Position numbers and translations under genes: made by a program | Notes under the pieces: model-generated | What the model saw: the letters and a program-made list of their open reading frames with translations, nothing else | What the model was told of the DNA's origin: nothing | Databases searched by the model: none | Assembly (NCBI GenBank): GCA_964016885.1 | Contig: OZ024759.1 | Location: 6,262,001 to 6,326,000, forward strand | Direction: 5' to 3' | From: Eledone cirrhosa | Lineage: Eukaryota | DNA length: 64,000 nt | In this document: positions 12,001 to 22,941 of the stretch, piece by piece | How the letters are laid out: each line of letters starts with the position of its first letter | Position numbering within the stretch: position 1 is the first letter of the stretch

Positions 12001-15000
12001 GTGTGGCTGTGTGTGGCTGTGTGGCTGTGTGTGGCTGTGTGGCTGTGTGTGGCTGTGTGTGGCTGTGTGTGGCTGTGTGTGGCTGTGTGGCTGTGAGTGG
12101 CTGCGTGTGGCTGTGAGTGGCTGTGTGTGGCTGTGTGGCTGTGTGTGGCTTTGTGTGGCTGTGTGGCTGTGTGTGGCTGTGTGGCTGTGTGTGGCTGTGT
12201 GGCTGTGTGTGGCTGTGTGTGGCTGTGTGTGGCTGTGTGTGGCTGTGTGGCTGTGTGGCTGTGTGTGGCTGTGTGTGGCTGTGTGGCTGTGTGTGGCTGT
12301 GTGTGGCTGTGTGTGTGTGTGTGGCTGTGTGGCTGTGTGTGGCTGTGTGGCTGTGTGTGGCTGTGTGTGGCTGTGTGTGGCTGTGTGTGGCTGTGTGGCT
12401 GTGTGGCTGTGTGTGGCTGTGTGTGGCTATGTGGCGGTGTGTGGCTGTGTGGCTGTGTGGCTGTGTGGCTGTGTGTGGCTGTGTGTGGCTGTGTGTGGCT
12501 GTGTGTGGCTGTGTGTGGCTATGTGTGGCTGTGTGTGGCTGTGTGTGGCTGTGTGCGGCTGTGTGTGGCTGTGTGGCTGTGTGGCTGTGTGTGGCTGTGT
12601 GGCTGTGTGTGGCTGTGTGGCTGTGTGGCTGTGTGGCTGTGTGTGGCTGTGTGTGGCTGTGTGTGGCTGTGTGTGGCTGTGTGTGGCTATGTGTGGCTGT
12701 GTGTGGCTGTGTGTGGCTGTGTGCGGCTGTGTGTGGCTGTGTGGCTGTGTGTGGCTGTGTGTGGCTGTGTGGCTGTGTGGCTGTGTGTGGCTGTGTGTGG
12801 CTGTGTGTGGCTGTGTGTGGCTGTGTGTGGCTGTGTGGCTGTGTGGCTGTGTGTGGCTGTGTGGCCGTGTGTGGCTGTGTGGCTGTGTGTGGCTGTGTGT
12901 GGCTGTGTGTGGCTGTGTGTGGCTGTGTGCGGCTGTGTGTGGCTGTGTGGCTGTGTGTGGCTGTGTGTGGCTGTGTGGCTGTGTGGCTGTGTGGCTGTGT
13001 GGCTGTGTGTGGCTGTGTGTGGCTGCGTGTGGCTGTGTGTGGCTGTGTGTGGCTGTGTGTGGCTGTGTGTGGCTGTGTGGCTGTGTGGCTGTGTGGCTGT
13101 GTGGCTGTGTGTGGCTGTGTGGCTGTGTGTGGCTGTGTGTGGCTGTGTGTGGCTGTGTGTGGCTGTGTGCGGCTGTGTGTGGCTGTGTGGCTGTGTGTGG
13201 CTGTGTGTGGCTGTGTGGCTGTGTGGCTGTGTGGCTGTGTGTGGCTGTGTGTGGCTGTGTGTGGCTGTGTGTGGCTGTGTGCGGCTGTGTGTGGCTGTGT
13301 GGCTGTGTGTGGCTGTGTGTGGCTGTGTGGCCGTGTGTGGCTGTGTGGCTGTGTGTGGCTGTGTGTGGCTGTGTGTGGCTGTGTGTGGCTGTGTGTGGCT
13401 GTGTGGCCGTGTGTGGCTGTGTGGCTGTGTGTGGCTGTGTGTGGCTGTGTGTGGCTGTGTGTGGCTGTGTGTGGCTGTGTGCGGCTGTGTGTGGCTGTGT
13501 GGCTGTGTGTGGCTGTGTGTGGCTGTGTGGCTGTGTGTGGCTGTGTGGCTGTGTGTGGCTGTGTGTGGCTGTGTGTGGCTGTGTGTGGCTGTGTGTGGCT
13601 GTGTGTGGCTGTGAGTGGCTGTGTGTGGCTGTGTGGCTGTGTGGCTGTGTGTGGCTGTGTGTGGCTGTGTGGCTGTGTGTGGCTGTGTGGCTGTGTGTGG
13701 CTGTGTGTGGCTGTGTGGCTCTGTGTGGCTGTGTGTGGATCTGTGGCTGTGTGTGGCTGTGTGGCTGTGTGGCTGTGTGTGGCTGTGTGTGGCTGTGTGT
13801 GGCTGTGTGTGGCTGTGTGGCTGTGTGGCTGTGTGTGGCTGTGTGGCTCTGTGTGGCTGTGTGTGGATCTGTGGCTGTGTGTGGCTGTGTGGCTGTGTGT
13901 GGCTGTGTGTGGCTGTGTGGCTGTGTGGCTGTGTGTGGCTGTGTGTGGCTGTGTGTGGCTGTGTGTGGCTGTGTGGCTGTGTGTGGCTGTGTGGCTGTGT
14001 GTGGCTGTGTGGCTGTGTGTGGCTGTGTGTGGCTTTGTGTGGCTGTGTGGCTGTGTGTGGCTTTGTGTGGCTGTGTGTGGCTGTGTGGCTGTGTGTGGCT
14101 GTGTGGCTGTGTGTGGCTGTGTGTGGCTGTGTGTGGCTGTGTGGCTGTGTGTGGCTGTGTGTGGCTGTGTGTGGCTGTGTGGCTGTGTGTGGCTGTGAGT
14201 GGCTGTGTGTGGCTGTGTGGCTGTGTGTGGCTGTGTGTGGCTGTGTGTGGCTGTGTGGCTGTGTGTGGCTGTGTGGCTGTGTGTGGCTGTGTGTGGCTGT
14301 GTGTGGCTTTGTGTGGCTGTGTGGCTGTGTGTGGCTTTGTGTGGCTGTGTGTGGCTGTGTGGCTGTGTGTGGCTGTGTGGCTGTGAGTGGCTGTGTGGCT
14401 GTGTGTGGCTGTGTGTGGCTGTGTGTGGCTGTGTGGCTGTGTGTGGCTGTGTGGCTGTGTGTGGCTGTGTGTGGCTGTGTGTGGCTTTGTGTGGCTGTGT
14501 GGCTGTGTGTGGCTGTGTGTGGCTGTGTGGCTGTGTGTGGCTGTGTGTGGCTGTGTGTGGCTGTGTGGCTGTGTGTGGCTGTGTGTGGCTGTGTGTGGCT
14601 GTGTGGCTGTGTGTGGCTGTGAGTGGCTGTGTGTGGCTGTGTGGCTGTGTGTGGCTTTGTGTGGCTGTGTGGCTGTGTGTGGCTGTGTGGCTGTGTGTGG
14701 CTGTGTGTGGCTGTGTGGCTGTGAGTGGCTGTGTGTGGCTGTGTGGCTGTGTGTGGCTGTGTGGCTGTGAGTGGCTGTGTGTGGCTGTGTGTGGCTGTGT
14801 GTGGCTGTGTGTGGCTGTGTGGCTGTGAGTGGCTGTGTGGCTGTGAGTGGCTGTGTGTGGCTGTGTGTGGCTGTGTGCCTGTGTGTGGCTGTGTGGCTGT
14901 GTGTGGCTGTGTGTGGCTGTGTGTGGCTGTGAGTGGCTGTGTGTGGCTGTGTGGCTGTGTGTGGCTGTGTGGCTGTGTGGCTGTGTGGCTGTGTGTGGCT

Positions 15001-17625
15001 GTGTGGCTGTGTGTGGCTGTGTGTGGCTGTGTGTGGCTGTGTGTGGCTGTGAGTGGCTGTGTGTGGCTGTGTGTGGCTGTGTGGCTGTGTTTGCCTGTGT
15101 GTGGCTGTGTGGCTGTGTGTGGCTGTGTGTGGCTGTGAGTGGCTGTGTGTGGCTGTGTGGCTGTGTGTGGCTGTGTGTGGCTGTGTGTGGCTGTGTGTTT
15201 CTGTGTGGCTGTGTGTGGCTGTGTGGCTGTGTGGCTGTGTGTGGCTGTGTGGCTGTGTGTGGCTGTGTGGCTGTGTGTGGCTGTGTGTGGCTGTGTGTGG
15301 CTGTGTGTGGCTGTGTGTGGCTGTGTGGCTGTGTGGCTGTGTGTGGCTGTGTGGCTGTGTGTGGCTGTGTGTGGCTGTGTGGCTGTGTGTGGCTGTGTGC
15401 GGCTGTGTGTGGCTGTGTGGCTGTGTGTGGCTGTGTGACTGTGTGGCTGTGTGTGGCTGTGTGTGGCTGTGTGGCTGTGTGTGGCTGTGTGGCTGTGTGT
15501 GGCTGTGTGTGGCTGTGTGTGGCTGTGTGTGGCTGTGTGTGGCTGTGTGGCCGTGTGTGGCTGTGTGACTGTGTGGCTGTGTGTGGCTGTGTGTGGCTGT
15601 GTGTGGCTATGTGTGGCTGTGTGGCTGTGTGTGGCTGTGTGGCTATGTGTGGCTGTGTGGCTGTGTGGCTGTGTGTGGCTGTGTGGCTGTGTGTGGCTGT
15701 GTGTGGCTGTGTGTGGCTGTGCGGCTGTATGTGGCTGTGTGTGGCTGTGTGTGGCTGTGTGCGGCTGTGTGTGGCTGTGTGGCTGTGTGTGGCTGTGTGT
15801 GGCTGTGTGGCTGTGTGGCTGTGTGGCTGTGTGTGGCTGTGTGTGGCTGTGTGGCTGTGTGTGGCTGTGTGGCTGTGTGTGGCTGTGTGTGGCTGTGTGT
15901 GGCTGTGTGTGGCTGTGAGTGGCTGTGTGTGGCTGTGTGGCTGTGTGTGGCTGTGTGGCTGTGTGTGGCTGTGTGGATGTGTGTAGCTGTGTGTGGCTGT
16001 GTGTGGCTGTGTGTGGCTGTGTGTGGCTGTGTGGCTGTGTGTGGCTTTGTGTGGCTGTGTGGCTGTGTGTGGCTGTGTGGCTGTGTGTGGCTGTGTGTGG
16101 CTGTGTGTGGCTGTGTGTGGCTGTGTGGCTGTGAGTGGCTGTGTGGCTGTGAGTGGCTGTGTGTGGCTGTGTGTGGCTGTGTGCCTGTGTGTGGCTGTGT
16201 GGCTGTGTGTGGCTGTGAGTGGCTGTGTGTGGCTGTGTGTGGCTGTGTGGCTGTGTGGCTGTGTGGCTGTGTGGCTGTGTGTGGCTGTGTGTGGCTGTGT
16301 GTGGCTGTGTGTGGCTGTGTGGCTCTGTGTGGCTGTGTGGCTGTGTGGCTGTGTGTGGCTGTGTGTGGCTGTGTGTGGCTGTGTGTGGCTGTGTGGCTGT
16401 GTGTGGCTGTGTGGCTGTGTGTGGCTGTGTGGCTGTGTGTGGCTGTGTGGCTGTGTGGCTGTGTGTGGCTGTGTGGCTGTGTGGCTGTGTGTGGCTGTGT
16501 GTGGCTGTGTGGCTGTGTGTGGCTGTGTGTGGCTGTGTGTGGCTGTGTGGCTGTGTGGCTGTGTGGCTGTGTGTGGCTGTGAGTGGCTGTGTGTGGCTGT
16601 GAGTGGCTGTGTGTGGCTGTGTGGATGTGTGTAGCTGTGTGGCTGTGTGGCTGTGTGGCTGTGTGGCTGTGTGTGGCTGTGAGTGGCTGTGTGTGGCTGT
16701 GTGTGGCTGTGTGTGGCTGTGTGTGGCTGTGTGTGGCTGTGTGGCTGTGTGTGGCTTTGTGTGGCTGTGTGGCTGTGTGTGGCTGTGTGGCTGTGTGTGG
16801 CTATGTGTGGCTGTGTGTGGCTGTGTGTGGCTGTGTGACTGTGTGGCTGTGTGTGGCTGTGTGGCTGTGTGTGGCTGTGTGTGGCTGTGTGTGGCTGTGT
16901 GGCTGTGTGGCTGTGAGTGGCTGTGTGTGGCTGTGTGTGGCTGTGTGTGGCTGTGTGCCTGTGTGTGGCTGTGTGGCTGTGTGTGGCTGTGAGTGGCTGT
17001 GTGTGGCTGTGTGGCTGTGTGTGGCTGTGTGGCTGTGTGTGGCTGTGTGTGGCTGTGTGGCTGTGTGTGGCTGTGTGGCTGTGTGGCTGTGTGTGGCTGT
17101 GTGGCTGTGTGGCTGTGTGTGGCTGTGTGTGGCTGTGTGGCTGTGTGTGGCTGTGTGTAGCTGTGTGTGGCTGTGTGTGGCTGTGTGGCTGTGTGTGGCT
17201 GTGTGGCTGTGTGGCTGTGTGTGGCTGTGTGGCTGTGTGGCTGTGTGTGGCTGTGTGTGGCTGTGTGTGGCTGTGTGTGGCTATGTGTGGCTGTGTGTGG
17301 CTGTGTGTGGCTGTGTGGCTGTGTGTGGCTGTGTGGCTGTGTGTGGCTGTGTGGCTGTGTGGCTGTGTGTGGCTGTGTGTGGCTGTGTGGCTGTGTGTTT
17401 CTGTGTGGCTGTGTGTGGCTGTGTGGCTGTGTGGCTGTGTGTGGCTGTGTGTGGCTGTGTGTGGCTGTGTGTGGCTATGTGTGGCTGTGTGTGGCTGTGT
17501 GTGGCTGTGTGACTGTGTGGCTGTGTGTGGCTTTGTGACTGTGTGGCTGTGTGTCGCTGTGTATGGCTGTGTGGCTGTGTGTGGCTTTGTGTCTGTGTGG
17601 CTGTGTTGCTGTGTTGCTGTGTGTG
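1..17625. repeat. Giant simple satellite of interspersed GTGTGGCT (8 bp) and GTGTGTGGCT (10 bp) units; open at the window start
   Basis: Continuous array with sporadic variants (ggctat, gtgagt, ggcttt, gtgact); degenerates at about 17530-17625. Confidence 0.99.
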
Positions 17626-17632
17626 GTTGAAC

Positions 17633-17876
17633 GTAAAGTGGTCGTGATGGTGACACCACAAAAAGCACCCAACCCACACTCTGGTCGTGTAGGTGCTACG
17701 GTAAAAAAAGCACCCAGCACTCATTGTAAATGAGGTTGGTGTTAGGAAGGGCATCCAGCTGTAGAAATCAAGCCAGAATCAGTTCTGTATGAGCAAGACA
17801 ATGTCAGCCGACCGGACACTGCCAAAAACAGGGCAAGCATGGAAGAATGGACATAAAACAGTGATGATGATGATGT
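17633..17876 (+). mobile_element. 3' end fragment of an RTE-family LINE (or a SINE sharing its tail) with (GAT)n tail
   Basis: aaaaagcacccag...tgtaaatgaggttggtgttaggaagggcatccagctgtagaaa...gcatggaagaatggacataaaacagtgatgatgat; matches the 3' UTRs of the RTE copies at 48184-48400 (minus) and 54225-54405 (plus). Confidence 0.8.
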
Positions 17877-18152
17877 TGTCTTAACAAGTGCGTGTATACA
17901 GACGTTCTCACTCTCGCTTTTTACGGGCAAAACCAACTGGCTGGATACGCAGGGTTCGACCCCGAGCAAGATGGATAACATCGGGGATCCAGCCAGATCA
18001 ATTGGAGACGGTTGCTCCTTCTGGAAGGAGAGTTTGAGGACTCTGCGCCCCCCAAGCCCTCTCAGGCGCTGGCAGAAGAATGTAAAGGTCAGCAATAAAT
18101 ACAGCCAAGTATTTTGTCTGATTCTTTAACCATTCTTTACCAATCCACTACC

Positions 18153-18341
18153 ATAATAATAATAATAATTGTTTCTACTTTAGGCACAAGGCCAGCAATT
18201 ACCCAGTGCATTACTGGTACTTTATTTTATCGACCCCGTAAGGATGAAAGGCAAAGTCAACCTCGGCGGGATTTGAACTCAGATCGTAAAGGGACGTAAC
18301 TCTGCTGGAAAGCATGGCGTCCGACCCTCCACCGATACTGC
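18153..18341 (-). mobile_element. Short SINE with (TAT)n tail
   Basis: Minus strand carries a B-box-like GAGTTCAAATCC followed by gactttgcctttcatccttacggggtcgataaaataaagtaccag; near-identical inverted copy at 36664-36832. Confidence 0.8.
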
Positions 18342-18461
18342 AATAATAATAATAATAATTGTTACTGATTTAGGCACAAGGCCAGCAATTTTGGGAGAGA
18401 GGGGCAGTTGATTAAATTGACTCCAGTGTGTTACTGGTACTTTGTTTTATTGGACCCCAGT
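18342..18461 (-). mobile_element. 3' fragment of the same SINE family
   Basis: (AAT)n then ttaggcacaaggccagcaatt...ttactggtacttt, matching the adjacent copy and 36580-36662. Confidence 0.7.
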
Positions 18462-18463
18462 GT

Positions 18464-18752
18464 GTAGTGGTGGTGGTGGTGGTGGTGGTGGTGATGGTAG
18501 TGGTGGTGATGGTGGTGGTGGTGATGGTGGTGGTGGTGGTGGTAGTGGTGGTAGTGGTGGTGGTGGTAGTGGTGGTGGTAGTGGTGGTGGTAGTGGTGGT
18601 GGTGGTAGTGGTGGTAGTGGTGGTGGTGGTGGTGGTAGTGGTGGTGGTGGTGGTGGTGGTGGTAGTGGTGGTGATGGTGGTGGTGGTGGTGGTGGTGGTG
18701 ATGGTGGTGGTGGTGGTGGTGGTGATGGTGGTAGTGGTGGTGGTGGTGGTGG

Positions 18753-18783
<31 letters not shown>

Positions 18784-19222
18784 GGTAGTGGTAGTGGTGG
18801 TGGTGGTGGTGGTGGTGGTGGTGGTGGTGGTAGTGGTGGTGGTAGTGGTGGTGGTGATGGTGGTAGTGGTGGTGGTGGTGGTGGTAGTGGTGGTGATGGT
18901 GGTGGTAGTGGTGGTGGTGGTGGTAGTGATGGTGGTGGTGATGGTGGTGGTGGTGGTGGTGGTGGTAGTGGTAGTGGTGGTGGTGGTAGTGGTGGTGGTG
19001 GTAGTGGTGGTGGTGGTGGTGGTAGTGGTGGTGGTGGTAGTGGTGGTGGTGGTAGTGGTGGTGGTGTTGGTAGTGATGGTGGTGGTGATGGTGGTGGTGG
19101 TGGTGGTGGTGGTAGTGGTGGTGGTGGTGGTGGTGGTGATGGTGGTGGTGGTGGTGATGGTGGTGGTGGTGGTGGTGGTGGTGATGATGGTAGTGGTAGT
19201 GGTGGTGGTAGTGGTGGTGATG
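18464..19222. repeat. (GGT)n microsatellite with GAT/AGT variants
   Basis: Seen directly; source of the poly-V/G/T pseudo-ORFs. Confidence 0.98.
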
Positions 19223-19441
19223 ATCAAACTCCAGATTTCAGACACCAACCAACAGAATTCCAACGATATCCCCTGAAGTTATTTTAATTAAACTCATTAA
19301 CATATGACACACTAATTAATATATTCAATATATTCGATATGTTAATATGTTTATGGTTTTAATAATTTAAATACTTTCGCATATTTATGTTTTTTTTTAT
19401 TTTATTTTGTTTTGAAATATCTGCTGCATAACTCAGCTGTA

Positions 19442-19628
19442 ATTGTTGTTGTTGTTGTTGTTGTTGTTGTTACTGTTGTTGTTACTGTTGTTGTTGTTAC
19501 TGCTGTTACTGTTGTTGTTGTTGTTGTTACTGTTGTTGTTGTTACTGTTGTTGTTCTTGTTTCTGTTGTTGTTGTTACTGTTGTTGTTGTTGTTGTTGTT
19601 GTTACTGTTGTTGTTGTTGTTGTTGTTG
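19442..19628. repeat. (GTT)n microsatellite
   Basis: Seen directly. Confidence 0.98.
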
Positions 19629-19725
19629 ACCAGGTCACACTAGTGCACTGCCAAATTCCTGTTGCACCAATCTGCAGTCAGGTTTCAATGTCCTTCGAAC
19701 TGTGTGGTCCTACTTTCTTGAAATA

Positions 19726-19776
19726 TCATCACCACCACCACCACCACCACCATCACCACCACCACCACCACCATCA
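19726..19776. repeat. (CAC/CAT)n microsatellite
   Basis: Seen directly. Confidence 0.95.
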
Positions 19777-20850
19777 TATACTATTATATTTAACACTTTA
19801 CCATTTACATTACTCTATATATACTATTATATTTAACCCTTTACCATTTACATTACTCTATATATACTATTATATTTAACACTGTACCATTTACATTACT
19901 CTATATATACTATTATATTTAACACTTTACCATTTACATTACTCTATATACTATTATATTTAACCCTTTACCATTTACATTACTCTATATACTATTATAT
20001 TTAACACTGTACCATTTACATTACTCTATATATACTATTATATTTAACACTTTACCATTTACATTACTCTATATACTATTATATTTAACCCTTTACCATT
20101 TACATTACTCTATATATACTATTATATTTAACACTGTACCATTTACATTACTCTATATATACTATTATATTTAACACTGTACCATTTACATTACTCTATA
20201 TACTATTATATTTAACACTGTACCATTTACATTACTCTATATACTATTATATTTAACACTTTACCATTTACATTACTCTATATATACTATTATATTTAAC
20301 ACTTTACCATTTACATTACTCTATATATACTATTATATTTAACCCTTTACCATTTACATTACTCTATATATACTATTATATTTAACCCTTTACCATTTAC
20401 ATTACTCTATATACTATTATATTTAACACTTTACCATTTACATTACTCTATATATACTATTATATTTAACCCTTTACCATTTACATTACTCTATATATAC
20501 TATTATATTTAATCCTTTACCATTTACATTACTCTATATATACTATTATATTTTACCCTTTACCATTTACATTACTCTATATATACTATTATATTTAACC
20601 CTTTACCATTTACATTACTCTATATATACTATTATATTGAACACCTTACCATTTACATTACTCTATATATACTATTATATTTAACCCTTTACCATTTACA
20701 TTACTCTATATATACTATTATATTTAATCCTTTACCATTTACATTACTCTATATATACTATTATATTTAATCCTTTACCATTTACATTACTATATATACT
20801 ATTATATTTAATCCTTTACCATTTACATTACTCTATATATACTATTGTAT
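19777..20850. repeat. AT-rich 41/43-bp satellite, left block (ctattatatttaac[a/c]ctttaccatttacattactctatat[at]a)
   Basis: About 25 tandem copies; same monomer as 26617-30630. Confidence 0.97.
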
Positions 20851-20964
20851 TTTCACAGTAAAGGCTTTACTTCACATAATATCTCACATAACATTTACAT
20901 TACTCTATATATACTATTGTATTTTCACAGTAAAGGCTTTACCTCACATAATATCTCACATAAC
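20821..20964 (+). repeat. Two tandem copies (about 72 bp) of a satellite-to-MITE transition sequence
   Basis: atttacattactctatatatactattgtattttcacagtaaaggctttac[t/c]tcacataatatctcacataac occurs twice; the non-satellite part matches 58211-58262. Confidence 0.85.
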
Positions 20965-21177
20965 ATCTCGTATACGAGAGACGTGTGTTGACGTGTGTGA
21001 ACAAGCTCGGCTACCGAGTCGGATTTACTTACTCAAAAAGTGAGTTTTGATTAATTTTTTTATACTGTAATATACGTTAACCCCTTGCCTTGGTCGTCAA
21101 ACGTTGAGTTTATTTATTTTCGCCCCTTTTTGGGGCGAATTTTCCAGTTAAAAATTTATTACGGCAAACTAATAGAA

Positions 21178-22920
21178 ATGGACGGAATTTTCACATCGCA
21201 TCCTAACGTGAAAGCCACGCCCCCTAAGAAAGGTGATACAGAGAAGCTAGAAGCACAAGGCTCTAAGTCTTCCCTCCTCACTTCTGCAAAAGAAACATGG
21301 AACACGGAATTAAAAGAAAAATTTGTAAAAATGGGTGAAAACCCAGAAAGTCACATAAACGCAGACAAAAACAACAACGACAATAACAGCAATAGTCACA
21401 ACACCAACCAAGGAAAAAATAACGATAACACAAAACAAAGCGAACCCACTACTGGTACCTCCTTTGCACAGGCGGTCCGGAAAACACAAACCTGCAAGCA
21501 ACTGGACATTACAACTCTGAGAGAAAAGATGAAGGAAGCGAAACAGTATGTAACTTTCAAAGAAGGAGGAGACTTCACAATCACCTCCCCACAAGAAATC
21601 AAAAGAGACACGACGCTAAGAACGATATCTTTCAGAACAATTTCCAACATAACAAAGAAACCAACTCAATTATCCCAAAAAGAGATTGAGCTGGTCCTAA
21701 AAAATGTGTGGAGTGATATATCGTTCATACAAAAAGGGCCACTCTATGGGAATATAACGGTCCTAATGAAGGATCAATTGACGGCCAGGAAATACTCTGT
21801 GGCACCAATTGTTTCCAAGATATATACATTTTTCCCCACATATTTAGGGAAAAGAACGCAGAAGATAAGGGTCTCCGGAATCCGGCCAAATGCATGCATT
21901 TCCTGGGTACTAACAGGATTTTTAGAAGACGAGGACGGAATCCTCTCAGTAGGAGAAGTCACCACAGACGTTTTCGGCGGTTTGAGCGTGGAGGTTCTGG
22001 TCCAAATGAGACCAGAACGAATCGCTAGAATACCACAGAGGGTGTCCCTCGATGGAGAAACATTTATATATATTTCAGCCGAGGGTAGGAGGCCCATATG
22101 TTACTACTGTTCAAGCAGGGGTCATCTAAGGGCTGCTTGTCCTCAATTGACAAAAAAAAAGGCTCTTTTGCCTACACCCCACACACCACCACCGCCACCA
22201 CCACCACCACCACCACCTCCACCACCACCACCACAACAACAACAAAAACAACAGGGAAAAATAACACAAGACACGGCCCCACCCAAAACAACTCCCAAAA
22301 CACACACAAATACAACAAAACCCCAAAATACACCACTACCCGACAGCACGGACGAGGACCCAGCGGAAACGGCACCTAGTGACGAAGAGGGGGAACCCTT
22401 CCAACCTGTAAAAAGGAAAAAAAGAAAGCACCACTCGAACATAAACGAAACAAACACACAACCACCAACAAAAACAAAACAAACAGAACAAACAAAATCC
22501 GCCCCACCCCAAAACATAACACATACAACAAAACGTAAGCACACACAAGAACAACAAACAAACACAACACAAATAAAACAGTATACATACATTAACACAA
22601 ATAACAAAGAACTAGTAAAAACAATACACAAAGACCCTTTGGTGGAAACTGAAGGGCAATTCTTTGCAAGCGCGGCCAACAAACCGCATTTAAAAATGAT
22701 AAGACTCCCAATGGACACCTATGCAAAACTAAGAGAGAACTTTCCTGAGGACGTGGGGAAAACATGTACTCGACCCTATAACCGCGTCCTCTTGAAACGT
22801 TTCCCCACCCACACCTCACCAAACACCCCCACTCCACCACAGAACAACACCCCACCAAACAACCCCTCCAATACGCCCATGGATATTGTGCAACCTGCTC
22901 CTCAGGAGCCGAACAGGTAG
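21178..22920 (+). CDS. Retrotransposon ORF1 (gag-like nucleic-acid-binding protein)
   Basis: First ATG at 21178 (frame is open from TTG at 21085); SFAQAV motif, CCHC knuckle CYYCSSRGHLRAAC (C-x2-C-x4-H-x4-C), poly-Pro tract, FQPVKRKKRK basic motif. Confidence 0.9.
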   Translation: MDGIFTSHPNVKATPPKKGDTEKLEAQGSKSSLLTSAKETWNTELKEKFVKMGENPESHINADKNNNDNNSNSHNTNQGKNNDNTKQSEPTTGTSFAQAVRKTQTCKQLDITTLREKMKEAKQYVTFKEGGDFTITSPQEIKRDTTLRTISFRTISNITKKPTQLSQKEIELVLKNVWSDISFIQKGPLYGNITVLMKDQLTARKYSVAPIVSKIYTFFPTYLGKRTQKIRVSGIRPNACISWVLTGFLEDEDGILSVGEVTTDVFGGLSVEVLVQMRPERIARIPQRVSLDGETFIYISAEGRRPICYYCSSRGHLRAACPQLTKKKALLPTPHTPPPPPPPPPPPPPPPPQQQQKQQGKITQDTAPPKTTPKTHTNTTKPQNTPLPDSTDEDPAETAPSDEEGEPFQPVKRKKRKHHSNINETNTQPPTKTKQTEQTKSAPPQNITHTTKRKHTQEQQTNTTQIKQYTYINTNNKELVKTIHKDPLVETEGQFFASAANKPHLKMIRLPMDTYAKLRENFPEDVGKTCTRPYNRVLLKRFPTHTSPNTPTPPQNNTPPNNPSNTPMDIVQPAPQEPNR

Positions 22921-22941
22921 GTCCTTCCTCTTTTAACCAAC

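Noticed and set aside
1-17754. Long Cys/Val/Trp-rich and His/Thr-rich ORFs, including the 3232-aa minus-strand ORF
   Set aside because: Translations of a stop-poor 8/10-bp satellite, open in all frames.
19223-19725. Short unique segments (19223-19280, 19630-19725) as possible host exons
   Set aside because: Splice-like sites exist, but there is no consistent frame or recognisable protein; RNA-seq is needed.
18412-19879. Poly-T/V/G/L/H ORFs
   Set aside because: Trinucleotide microsatellites.
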